A stretch of DNA of 64,000 nt from Bigelowiella natans CCMP2755 (Eukaryota > Protista > Cercozoa), in contig ADNK01001791.1 in NCBI GenBank assembly GCA_000320545.1, positions 37,832-101,831 of the forward strand, read 5' to 3'. Every line of letters begins with the position of its first letter. Within the stretch, counting starts at the first letter, position 1. Shown here piece by piece: positions 40,499 to 53,182 of the stretch. A program made the position numbers and the translations under genes. The notes below the pieces were generated by a model. That model did not search any database. It saw only the letters and a program-made list of their open reading frames with translations, and was not told the DNA's origin.

Positions 40499-42556
40499 CA
40501 CCATATCGCCGTTGATAGTCATTACTATGATAAAAAATAAGAAATCAAAATCGAAAATAATCGAGTCGTTTATTCGATACGGGCTTCGGTCTATAAAGTG
40601 TACAAAGAGGTTTTATAATTATATCGTACTACTCATTTCCCTCCCTCTCCTTGCCGCTCCCCCATTTTCCACTTCTTACTGTCCGTCTCTGCTGTCTTCG
40701 TATTTGAAGTCAAGGTCCCTGATAAGTAGCGGTTACCAAGATTAGACGAACGTTGCTAGCATGTGTTAGATAGTTAGTGTGACTCTTATATATTTTCCAC
40801 GACATTTATTTGCATGCACTTTCTTCTATTTGAGTTTCTGAGAGTCATTCGATGTTCTTTGTTAACTAATCATCTTTATCCTACATCACCACTTGGTGGC
40901 CCTTGTGTATTATTTATGTAATTACTGATAAATGTAGACGATATAAAGCAGCATCGTCTCCACGAAGAAGGGCAATAAGGATTCCGCGTAGCCAATCACT
41001 AGAGTTCAATGACATTACAGTTATGATGAGAATAACCGAATTTTGTTCTCTAGGATCCCACTTCCTAATCATCATTCACCTTCTGTGTTTGTCAAAACGG
41101 CGGAGAAGCTACGAAGAGTCGTATCGATGTGCATTAGAGATATCCGCGTCTACATAGAAGATCATGATGAATACAACGTATGTCTCAATAGGATAAGGTT
41201 CCCGACGGTCTTTGGTATGATATCATCGCAGAACAAGATCTTTTCGCTATTTGACAATAATCTGTATTTTGAATCTATTCTTGATATACAGTTGAGTAAT
41301 TGGCCATCCATGTATATTGTACGTGTATCTTTGAGGCGAGGAGAAGATGAACAGAGGTTTTAAAGTCATGTAGCAAATGAAACGGTTATTTTCGTGTCTT
41401 TTCTTAATCAGCACGCAACCTGCGAGTCAGCTTCAATACCATCGGGATCATTTTTTAGCTGAATACAAGAATTTTCATGATCAAAATGGTCATCAACAAG
41501 TGAAAGGAGGCATAAAGGATGGTAGAAAATTTGACGATTGTTGCACTTCATACGGCAAGACCAATATATCCGATTCGTCCCTCCTTATATCTTAAGCAAG
41601 TTGTTGCTATATCTCATTATCAAGGAGCACTTTTTTAAACTTTAATCATCATGGGGAGGGGAAGGGTGGAAATGACTACTTGATCTGCTCCCCAGGCCCA
41701 TCTCTCTAGAATATTTCCAATCTAATGATGATGATGATGATATCAATGCAACTATTTGACCATTAAAAACAAGGCGATTAAGAAATATCCTCGTGTTGCG
41801 CTGAGAACACCGAAAATCGATTTTATTATGAAAGGAAGCTAATAGTGGCGAGGGAGGGGGAGGGGATAACAGGCACTAGAACCAAAATAGGATTCTGTCC
41901 GCAATGAATAATAAGGGACCCCACCCCCCAACACAAACACACACACACACAATCATAGAAACACTAACATTGTTGGCGTGTAACTGTACGTTTTTGTGCG
42001 TGAATGCTCAATAAATGTGTGGAATGACCTTCATGAACGACTTCCTTTCATATTCAAAAGGCTCCACAACAACATTTTCATATACTGCTTTTACTGCAAA
42101 GCAACAGCGAAATGCACATTAGAAGGACGAGATCAGTTACTATGTCAGAAAGATCATAGTGTAATTCTGGTCTACAATTACAGCAGCATCATCATCAACA
42201 ACAACTACCACTACACTACCACTGCACTATTGCTAACCAAAGACGGTGAGACTCAAAATAGGAATAAAGATGAGCTTATCGGCAAAGACCCCCATCCAGA
42301 AGTTCAAGCACGTGCACGGTATAAGAATAGCAGTCAGCCTACCAGAGAAATACGAATGTGCGTTATGGGTGCATGACGGCGTCTAATGGAGAATTGAATG
42401 TTGTTTCCTTAGGAAAACACACGCACACACACACACACACACACACACGCACGCACACACACACGCCTATCTATGTCGATAAATATAAATGAGATCTTTT
42501 ATCCATCCCCCCTCTCACTGTCGTTGTATGCATGCATACATACATGCATGCATGAA

Positions 42557-42601
<45 letters not shown>

Positions 42602-44465
42602 ATGGCGTTAATGAAGAAAGAGCATATAATCTTTAGAGGTTCCAACGACTTCACTCCACAAACGGAGAATTTCCCCTATTATGGCCAATGGAAATAAGGA
42701 TGATTTAGCGTGGTGCGTTGCATGATATTCACCCTGAGAATGTGGGAATCGAGTTTGTAATTAGAAATAAAAGCTTCTGTATTTTAACAGGGCTTTGCGG
42801 ATAAAAAGAAGTTCTCTGTTGATCCATCTTGCATCCATAGTACGGTTGAATTACCCAGCAGCAACATCTCTTGATTAGGCTTATAGATCGTAAGAGAACA
42901 AAGTCACAGAACACAACAAAAGGTTCATACCGTAATCAGGATGTCAGAACGCGGCAGCTACGTATTGTAAGTTGTACCATGAAATAACATGTTGGCGGCG
43001 TGACTCACGATATACTTCTCCCCTCCTTCCCTTCCGCCCTTCTTCTTACAAGATGTATCCTCTCCTTCCAATTCGAAAGACAACGGAGTTGAAGCACATG
43101 ATCAAAATCTGGACGTAGTACATCGGTACTCGCAAGCAAAGGTGGCATAAATAATGCAAAAGAATAGTCAGGGTGTATAGAGGAGTTAGGTAGAAGTCCT
43201 CCTCTTCCCCTTTCGAGCTGCTGGTAACGTCCTACATCATCAAACACACCCAGGTTTATGTGCGACACGACAGATTTGTGTGTTTACTTATCCTTGGCTT
43301 CTGTCCCCTTCTTGAAATTACACTCGCTAAAGCACGGCACAGCACAGCACAGCACAGTACAGTACAGCACAACACCAGACATGTGTAGACTTTTATAATA
43401 ATACATATAATTTTATTCATATGTGGCATTTTGCGTTCCGACTTCGTAGTGCTCTCCTTTTGGGTGGACAGATGACGCGCTGTTTCCCGCTTTGCAGCAG
43501 CACCAGCACCAGCACATCATATACCCTAACCAAGCATAAATTCTTGTCGCCTTCAAGTATCTTTCCTTCGTTAGACCCTAAAAGTGGTCATCGTATTGAC
43601 TTTCATGGATATGATGGATACGATGAAAATTATGTGAATATCGAAATACCAGTTGAACCTACCACCTTAACTCTTTTAGCCGAAAATCAAATATATTATA
43701 CAAACATCAGCTAGGATGTGAATCGTTGTGGAATAGGAGGCTGTTGTCGAACGAAGATCCCAGTTCCACGAGTATCTTTCAACTAACCTACCTCGTCTAC
43801 GATTGTGCATGCAACTCATTTGTTTTACCTCTGACGGTTCAATAACCATGAGATCGTAAGCCCATTTTCGCTCCCATATGGGCAGCCAAAACAATGACCG
43901 CGCGTCCTTTAAGCTGATGGACACAGAATTAGCTCCGCATCATGTATCAGAAAAAGACTGCAGCATGCAAACTACTATCTACCTGTTTTCTATAGAGGTA
44001 TCGAAGTCGGTGTTAATTGCCACCCCACATTTTTGGAGCTAAAATGAGCAGATGCAATATGTAAGAGGACGATCACCATTACGCTTGGTCGATTAGTCCC
44101 ACCACCGTGCTTATATCTAAAGTTTACCCTTGAGGTGAGAGTCATAAGCTTCTTGATATGCTGTCGCTTGAGTTCTGCTCTTCCACTTTAGAAAAAACTT
44201 TCCTGCTTTGCGCCAGTAGCCTTGTTGTGTAGGTGTAGTAGTGTATCGCACGTATGGGTTCTGTCCCCCCCCTTTCGTTTCGTGTTTTCCCTTCCGTTTC
44301 CGTGCTGAATTTTGTCGACAAAGTCGTCGGTTCAAATGCAGGCCATTTTCCATCTATCAGCATCGAATTTTCCCCTGCGACAACCCTCGCAACGGCTTGG
44401 TACTCGACTCTGTGTCCCGGAAACGGCTTATTGGATCGGGGTTTCCTTTGGCGATTGTCGCTCAT
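35650..44465 (-). CDS. Large multi-exon uncharacterised protein with several TM helices; could be two genes
   Basis: Start MSDNRQRKPRSNKPF at 44465; many in-frame GT-AG exons, e.g. LTLFVDFLTNVVYA|YIIIPLACAV|VLTSEEIDIVLNLLALEFVTIIDEELFEK (~39250-39690), KVLDVLDFYLEELKISE, RAYFKLDAKIDSTFQI, FGDEKELKEFVESH. Not all junctions resolved. Confidence 0.55.
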
Positions 44466-44697
44466 TTTCCTTGTCGCAGTTAGAAAATGGAGGAATAAAC
44501 TGGCTATCGTTTCGCTCGTGAGGCTGCATATTACTCAGACAAAAAAAGCGAAGGGGCGCGCAGGGGCTCGAATTGGAGCGTTTTCGAAGAGGAGAACCGT
44601 AGATATCACAGCTAGTCTGTCTCTATTTTCCCCAGCGCATCCCATTCCGTTCGCAGAGTACCTTTTGAGATAAGGAAACAGGCCTTTCAGTGGGCAG
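44466..44697. promoter_or_regulatory. Compact bidirectional promoter between head-to-head genes
   Basis: Divergent ATGs at 44465 (-) and 44698 (+); inferred from geometry only. Confidence 0.5.
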
Positions 44698-47600
44698 ATG
44701 TCTAGAAATAACTCGAAGAGCCTGACCATCGTACGGTGGGTTAATTCAGTGCTGGCACGGGGCAAGTATGATCCGATCGAATCAATGACAGATTCCTCCA
44801 TGAGGACAGGGATAAAGCTTATGCAACTGATGGCAGTCCTCTCAGGGGAGCCTCTCCCACGCCATAACCAGCGATGTCTACTGAGAGCACAGAAGCTTGA
44901 CAATGTGGATCAGGCACTGAAGATGGTAAAGAGGGCCGGTGTACCGAATAGTTTAGTGCACACCGAGCACATTGTGGATGGAAATGAGAAGATGGTGTTT
45001 GGTCTTCTCTGGGCCATATTCAAGCGCTTTTCTCTCTCCAAGATCTCGCTTCGCCGAAAGAATGGTGGAGATGCACTAAGAGGGAAGGAAGGTTTGCTCG
45101 CATGGGTCAACGACAACCTCGCAAATGAGAGTGGATCCGCAGAGGGTAAAGCGGATGGCAAAGATGATGGCAACGATTCCAGCAGCAAGAGCAGTAATCC
45201 GGTCACGGTGGTCTCCAATTTCACCAGCGATTGGAGCGATGGGTCAGTGCTGTGTTCGATTCTTCGCCACAATGGCTCAGAGAAAACTGGAATGTCGAGG
45301 GTAGCAACGATGAGTGCTGAGGAGAAAATTAAGACTGGGTTGACAGTCGCCGAAAAAGAATTTGACGTTCCTAGGCTGCTTGATGTGTCTGACTTTAAAA
45401 AGCCTATCGACGAGCGGAATATCTTGGTTTACGTCTCCGAGCTCTACATCCAAATAAACGCTCAGAAAGCTGATCAAGCACAAAAATCGTTCGAGAAAAT
45501 GCGGAACGAGGCCAACACGCAAATTGGTGACCTAGAGGCCCAGATCAAATCTCTCAAGGAAAAGGTCAGTATCTCCAACAAGGAACTCGAGGACAAAAAC
45601 GCGAAGCTCAAGGATTTGGCAAGTGCTAATGAGGAGCTCCAACGACGGTTAGAGACAGTCGAAGGGGGGCTGAAGAATTGCCAGGAAGAGAAACAGCAAC
45701 ATGAGAAAGAATATAAGTCCTGCCTTGGCAAAAGTGAAGAGGAATTAAAAGATTGCGAGAAGGAGAAAAGTGACCTTCGTATGAAACTCTCGCAGCTTCA
45801 GGAGTCAAGGTTATCATAAAACTCACACAACCATCAAATACGTCTCAATCTTTATTGACGTAGATGTATCTTTCATCTCATCACGTGACGTGTTTTTTGG
45901 CTTGACAATATGTATTCCGTGCGTGCAGCGATGCCAGGGTATTGGAATTGGAGAGAGCGAATGAGGAGCTCAGGAGACTGCTGGAGGGGGTGAAAGAAGA
46001 TCTCAAAGATTGTCGAGAGAAAAAGGAGACACAGAATACAACGCTGTGAGTTAATCTCATTTCCTTCCTCGCTTTTTCATATCCGCATAAGTATAATGAG
46101 TACTTTTCTCCTCTTAGAGAAGCTCGTGTGCGTGCTTTCGAGGGCGAAAACGATAAACTCAAAAGCGAACTCCTGACTTGTGAGAAAAATCTCAAGCAAC
46201 TACAAACTACGAGGTAATGCCAATTCTTTCAGATAATGCATTTATGTTTGTTGCTTTCCGTTCCTCACTTACGCTATTTGTTGTTCGACGGCTGCATATA
46301 TAGAGACGCCCAAGCTCAAGAGCTAAACCATGAAAACGCCAATCTCCGGACACAGCTAGAAGGAGTAACTAAAGAACTCAAAGACTACAAAGAGAAGCAG
46401 AAAGAGGATGATTCATCTCTTCGCGGGACCGAAAAAGCACTCAGGGACTGTGAGAAAGAGAAACAGCAGCTGCACACAAAGCTGCAGCTTGCAAACGGAG
46501 AAATTAAAGATCTTGCACAAACACTCTCTGCGTTAAGGAAGGAGAATCACGACATGAAGGTACCCAAGACGACGACATTATGAGAAGAATCTCTTCGGCA
46601 AAATATGGGAATAAATGTCGTTATCTTAATGGATCCAGCATAATATGATAATCACCGTATTTTCTTCATCATAAATATCATTACTATCACTATCATCCCC
46701 ATAATTAACGGCCACCTGCATATTACCATGACTCACATATCCATTACTCTGGGTATGTTTCCAACCATCATATAGATTGCTAGCGCTGCCAATCATGGGA
46801 AGGGCTTGGTAGGTCAAGGAGGATCAGAAAACTCCGGCTTATTAAAACAGCTGCAAAAGGAGAATAGGGAAAAGGACATCAAAATCAAAGAGTTGTATGA
46901 GAAAATTCTCCACCTCTCGAGTTCATTGAAAAAAAGTCTCCATGCACAAATCACAGCTCAATCTAAGCTGCAAGTCCCTCGTTCTTCCCGATCAAGAACA
47001 AGAGGTGACAGTAGGAACAGCAGGACGAAGAGTGGTAGTCGGTCACGGTCACGGTCGCGTGCATCCTCGAGAGCTTCGGCGAGGAGTGCGTCAAGGAGCT
47101 CTTTTGGAAGAAGGTGTAATCATCTTAGAATGTTGAGGATTTGGATTCCATTTTTTTTTTTAATGTAGTGATATTAATGATACGGTATGCTATCGATCGA
47201 TGTTTGAGTGGCTGTATAGTCGTATGGCGTACATTCACATTGCTTTTAGAGAGTTTTTGCGTGATGTAAGGGTTTGTGTGCTTGACGTGAGGGTGACTCC
47301 GACTATATAACGTTCTTCACTATGGGCACAAGCGCATCAGTTATATTGTATTTGCCCCAATGTTTGTGTGCATATATGCGCTTGTTCATCGGATTTCTTC
47401 GTTAGAGACGACGAGAAGGAGAAGGAGATACAGCGTAAGATGGTGGCTGAGAAGATGGAGGAGTTTATGGCAAAAGACCCCCATGGGCATCTGCTCTCAA
47501 AAATCGAGAACAATGCGTTCCTCTTCGGCACACGGAAGATTCATCTCTTCATCGTGACAGGAGAGTTGCACGTGCGAGTTGGTGGTGGCTATGTGAGCCT

Positions 47601-47748
47601 CGCAGAGTACTGTGCAAAATACGGTCACGTAGAGCGTTTGCACCTGGAAAAGCAGAAGGAAAAGATTGAAGCGCTACTCAAACTTGCCGGCAAGGAAGAA
47701 ACAACCGAAGCTCCTACTTCCTCCACTACAACACCGTGGCGGTCCTAA
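44698..47748 (+). CDS. Actinin-type actin-binding domain (2 x CH) + coiled coil + C-terminal GAR (Gas2) domain protein, 6 exons
   Basis: TIVRWVNSVL..GIKLMQLMAVLSG..QKLDNVDQAL..HIVDGNEKMVFGLLWAIF (CH1); KEGLLAWVN..NFTSDWSDGSVLCSIL..AEKEFDVPRLLD..DERNILVYVSELY (CH2); heptad region; FLFGTRKIHLFIVTGELHVRVGGGYVSLAEY (GAR). Confidence 0.88.
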
Positions 47749-47769
47749 CTAGCTAACACGCTGGTGCTA

Positions 47770-48411
47770 AATGCAGCTTGTGCGATGATGAGTGTGCACA
47801 AGAACACAGAAGCACTCACCGCTGTGGCATTCATCTCCAGTCACATCACTGTGTTGGTTCATTTGAGCTGTGCTGGCATGCATGCACAATGGCAATGCAT
47901 GCATTTTGTTGAAGCATTGCGAGGCATTGAGATGTGCATCAATGGATCACAAAGACGAATTTGCTTCAGGTGTGGCATGCACAGATTCCACGCCCAGTGC
48001 GATGCACACGTTCACACAGCTAGACAGACGGATGTGTGTGCGTGCACTGTGAACAACAATGCACGTGCACCACGTTCATTTTGCACTCAGTGTGGTCATC
48101 ACTGCACGCACGTGCACGTCGCAGTGACGTGCAATCAAACGTGACGAGCTGCATGTTTGCGATGCGAGCTGTGGCTTGCTCGAAATACAACAATGCCCCA
48201 ATTTTTTTGCGGCGCACAACTGCTCACACACGCCAGCACGGGTGCCAGCATGCACGGGATGCCAGCGCGAGTCGCATCACGCGTTGCAGCCGGCCCGTCT
48301 AGCCGTGTTGCTGCGTGTGCTCGTGTGCTCGACAGGCTTCAAGAGGTTCCCTGTTGATCATCACATGCTGGCATGAGTGCCAAGAGTGTTGCGAGTGCTG
48401 GCTGACACCAG
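47770..48411. other. TpA-erased intergenic tract 4
   Basis: 3 TA in 642 nt by eye: 2 CTAG, 1 ATAC. Confidence 0.9.
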
Positions 48412-48858
48412 TAGTCATCCATCATTGCAATTCGGAACGACGACCTCCAATTTCACCCAAAAAAATAAGTCGTCATCCATAGGATGTCGCTGGTATAAAT
48501 ATGAGGCCATTTTTCAACAATCTCGGTCTCTCTGGAAGGATACGACGACCGCCAGGATCAGTTCTTCCCCCCCTCTTTGCGAATCACTGGTGCGTCATGA
48601 CTATGGGCGCCATACAATCATTTGCTACCCATAAAGCACGATCGGCAGTGTGGCCTCATTCCAACATATTCCACCTTCTGTCTTCGTGCTTGTCATATCA
48701 CTTGAGACTTCACTGTGCATCAATTGTCGCATCGGCGCGTGTTGCTCATGCATACACGGCTGAAAACTTGAACTACTCCAAACCATTAGCTAGTGTTACG
48801 TGTCTCACTAGAAGGTTTTGGTTATAATAGATACGATCAGCGGAAATTTATACCTTCG

Positions 48859-49790
48859 ATGTCGGTGCAAAAGGAAATAACATCCGAGGAGGTCGGTGCG
48901 AGCATCAACGTTGCATCTATTTTCCTTGCACCCAGCTCACCAAAACTTTTGATTACTGAAAATTGATTCGAGATTTGCTGCAAAAGAGCAGCCACGGGTT
49001 TAGAATTCGCTTTGAGATGCCCATAAAAATAATATCTACCGACTGTTCACTACCGTGTGTAGTTTGGGTGTTGCCATTCCCAAAATCGGCACTGCTAACT
49101 CAACGCATTTGAACAGGCGAAGCTGTATGACCGGCAGATTAGACTATGGGGGATGGAAGCTCAGAAGCGCATGCGGAATGCACGCCTCTGCATTGTCCAG
49201 TTACGTCCACATACAGACTAAACAAATTGCCCAAATGCCACCTGCTATTTTCAGCAACGCACGCATGATGATGCTCTTACTCTTCTGAGTGTTAATGCTG
49301 TCAGGTTCTCCGGATTAGCGACGGAGATAATTAAAAACCTCGTCCTCGCCGGCGTTGGGGAGCTTACGGTGAGAAATTACTTCCAAATATTTAAAAATGA
49401 CAAGTATGCGCACCCCGTAAAAAGCTGTGTCAAATTTCAAAAGGGGCTCTTGAGAGCTCATCATTATCTCCGTTGTCATCACTTCTTATTCCTGTGTTAT
49501 TAATCAGATCCTGGACGATGCCATCTCGACCAAAATCGATTTAGAAAGTAATTTCTTCTTAACGAAGGACGACATTGGGAAATCGAGAGCTGAATCTGCA
49601 ATAAAAAGGTAGAGATTAGGGTGCCGCTACTGTGTTGGTGAAAGTAGCGTCTCTTTTCTTCCACACTTTTTCACCATCTCTCTCCGCCTAAAAATTGATG
49701 AACAGGATCAAGGCGTTAAATCCGAATGTCAATGTAAAAGCTGATGTCACAAAGAGTCAGGTCGGATGAGTCAATTGTGGAGTGCAGAAT

Positions 49791-49822
<32 letters not shown>

Positions 49823-50521
49823 CTTTCTGTTGCCTTATTTGTAATCTCATTATCACCTATTTAGCACGTGCTGTATTGTAAAACACACAACACACAACAC
49901 CTGCCGATGATTATAATGATCATGATGTTAGTTCGGTAGTGCTAAGAAAGGGCGAGATGCTGTTCACGTTTATCACTGTTGCTTGCGACTGATGACATGT
50001 GCACGGACAATGGCGGTTGCACTCTCATATGCGTCATGTAGGACAAAGATGGTGCTTATTTTCGTGGGTTCGATGCGGTGATTTGCTGCGAAACACCTCT
50101 CCCGGTAGTAGTAATGTTGTGATCGTGAGGAGGAAGAGGAGGAGGAGGAAGGAGGAGGAAGAGAAGAGGCAACGACGATGGCGTGATGTATCATCAACGA
50201 AAACAGCGATCATACATACATATACATTGCTTGTCCCCTCTTCCACCGTGGTCATCACCATTAACTTCGTGCTATGAAGGTGTAGATTGAGTTCCTTCGT
50301 CGGTAGTAGTAGTAGTAGAAGTAGTAATAGTAGTAGTAGTCGTCGTTGGAGTGGTAGACCTCAAATTCTCCCGCTTTCCTCCTCCTTCTGATGCTGTTTC
50401 GAAAGATCATCTCTTCTTATTTCCTTCATTAGGAACAGTTTCGAATAAATTCGGCCTGTCGCGATGTCGCTGGGGGCGGAAAGAATCCTGTTTTCTTCGG
50501 ATCCATGTGCATGGGTCGGCG

Positions 50522-50592
<71 letters not shown>

Positions 50593-50664
50593 TGTATATA
50601 GGGTATTGGGTAGAAATTTCCTAGGTTTCTTTGCTGATGTTGATGTTGATGTTGGATATTGCGA

Positions 50665-50700
<36 letters not shown>

Positions 50701-52007
50701 CTTTTGTTATTTTGTGTTATTCGTTTGATTTTACTATACTCCTTACCCGCGCTACCCCCCCCCCCTCGCAGGATACGATGCGTTTTTCTTTGAAGATGTT
50801 GGCCCTTCGTTTCAGTACATGGTAAGTTTAAGCTCGTCTCTTAGCATTAGTGATATAATATTTTGTTGGCCGTTGTTTCACGGTTTATTAGCGAGATTCA
50901 CAAGCTGATGATCGAGCGACTCATTGATTGTTTGTCCTTTTCCTTCAGCCAAAGTCTACCGGTGATGATGGGGAAAAAAAGAGTGGAGAAGGCAGCACAG
51001 AGAACAAACTCGAGACGGTGCTAACACGCTACTCGACAATATGTTTGTTTCTGCGAAATGCTGTTGTTTGCCCTGCTATTGAGCTGCAGCAGCGATTAGC
51101 AAGGTTATTTACTTGAATACGTGGAAAATTACCACTACGGGGCAGGTGCAAGGCCTTACCATGAAGGAAGCTTTCAGTTGTATCAACACACTCGCACGGT
51201 GCAAAGAGATTCTTGGGCGGAAAATGCGGGTAGTTGAGCGCATAACGTGGGAGGAGAAGAACACCATCATATTTACTCCTAAACTCTTCATCAGATGTAA
51301 TAATTTGTATCCGTTCAGTCTTATCTATATGTTACATTTATTCGCTTGATTCTTTAATATCCTGTCCTCCTCCATCAGAGACACTTGAGGTTGCTGTCTA
51401 TAGTGACGATATTCATTCACAACGCCTTGGCCGTGCAAGAAGGGGGGCAATACAGCTCGGATCTATCCTCGTTGAAGGTACGTTGGTGAACGACATCTAA
51501 GGGAGTTTATACGGCGGCAAAAAATCTGTTAGGAATTCTGTAAAGTAAGCACATCCGTCTTCTCCCCCCCCCCCTTGTACCTGCTCAGAAAATGCGCAAG
51601 AATCTAAGCCCGAAAGAGGTCGTTGTAGTTGTGCAGTTGCTCTGAAAACTTGGGGGATGAGACAAAATTGCTGTCTAGCCAACAGAAAAATGCGAAGCGT
51701 GCAGAAGGAAGCACGCTGTGGTGTGTTGTGGAATGAGAGACCGCGCAAACTGCCAACCCCCCCCTCTCCCACGAAAATACCTACCATTCCTCTCAAATCG
51801 TTGATTGATTGACTTTTGGATGGTGGTGAAAATAAAGGCTGCTGACGCAGTGGTTAGCGATGCTGATTTGGAAGCCTCGGCGCTGACGTTTGGAGGCGCC
51901 CTGACATCGGTGCTGTCTATTGTTGGGGGAATCATAGCCCAGGAAGCACTCAAGGTACTACGTTCACCGATAAATATATCTTCCTTGCTTCTCTTCCAAA
52001 GGGATTT

Positions 52008-52042
<35 letters not shown>

Positions 52043-52228
52043 TTGTTTTTACCGTAGGTTGTGTCCGGGAAGGGTGAGCCCCTTCATAACTGCGTGCTCT
52101 ATGATGGAAAGCGGGCTGGTGGGAGGGAGGTGTTTCTCCCACCACCTACCACCGGGAAGGCAGAAAGGGTAGTGGTGCCATCTCGGAAACGCAAGGCTCC
52201 CCCCGTAGAAATCCTAGACATCCTCTGA
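48859..52228 (+). CDS. SAE1: SUMO-activating enzyme subunit 1 (SAE1/AOS1), multi-exon
   Basis: MSVQKEITSEE|AKLYDRQIRLWGMEAQKRMRNA, GLATEIIKNLVLAGV, SNFF...IGKSRAES, LNPNVNV, SVLSIVGGIIAQEALK|VVSGKGEPLHN. Confidence 0.9.
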
Positions 52229-52758
52229 CAGTAAGAACGAGGATTGTTGTGTTGAATGATGATGCTATGCTAGCTAATTACAAGACGGCCATCATTGCCA
52301 TATTAAACATCTACATGGAGACGCATATAATATACTGCACGATGCCTGTCGTACTGCTATGATTTGTTTAATATGAAGCCGTGAATGCATGTGTATATAA
52401 GGGTGCATGTGTGTGGCACAGCGCGAGGACATTTAGCATCGCGCTGCAGTAGCATAAGCATAATGTAGAGTACGTGCCAGCTTGCACCTTATGGCGCCTC
52501 CGTACATGAAGAAAGTGGACTCTCACTAGACGTAGGCGCAATCATATGTTGCAGGCCGTTTGGAGCTGCGCTAATATACAACATGCATGGAATGCTGGTA
52601 AATACGTAAAGTGACTTTATTAAACACAATTTATTCCGCACTTAGAACTCTGTGCCCTACAAAGATAACATGTAGTCGTAGCAGCGGATGTATTCCAACG
52701 GACTTGACATGTATACCACAATGAATAGCTAGCCATGCTACCTTCACCGCAGTAGACG

Positions 52759-52795
<37 letters not shown>

Positions 52796-52842
52796 AAACG
52801 CACATCATGCAGCATCCTGCGTATGCAAACGACTCCTAGTTT

Positions 52843-53149
52843 CTAACGGCCGCCGCCAACACTCCCATTGCTCCCACGATTCGCATTATTAGCAGCAAGA
52901 TTCTGCAGGAAGAAGTTGAGGTCTCCCGACGCAATGCGATGAGGCAGTATTCCATTCTCGGGTTCCAGTACAGGATAATCTCCTTTCGAATCCCTGAATT
53001 CTTGAGAGAACTGCCGCAAGAGAGGGGGGATCGTCATCTGCCCCAGCTTGTTTTCGCTCATGGGCTGCTCCGTATCGTCCATGACGTTGAAGAATGCTTG
53101 TTGGTTGTCCTCCGTGCGAAACACGGTCTTTGTCTTAAGAAACACAACG

Positions 53150-53182
<33 letters not shown>

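Noticed and set aside
41043-41595. Plus-strand ORFs 41043-41363 and 41377-41595 (also 39421-39615)
   Set aside because: They overlap the minus-strand multi-exon gene, have no recognisable domain and no convincing plus-strand splice chain. Cannot be fully excluded.
22030-48411. CpG methylation-deamination or fungal RIP as the cause of TG/CA excess
   Set aside because: CG remains abundant in the tracts (e.g. cgcgcgcg, cacgtg) and TA is lost, whereas RIP would create TA.
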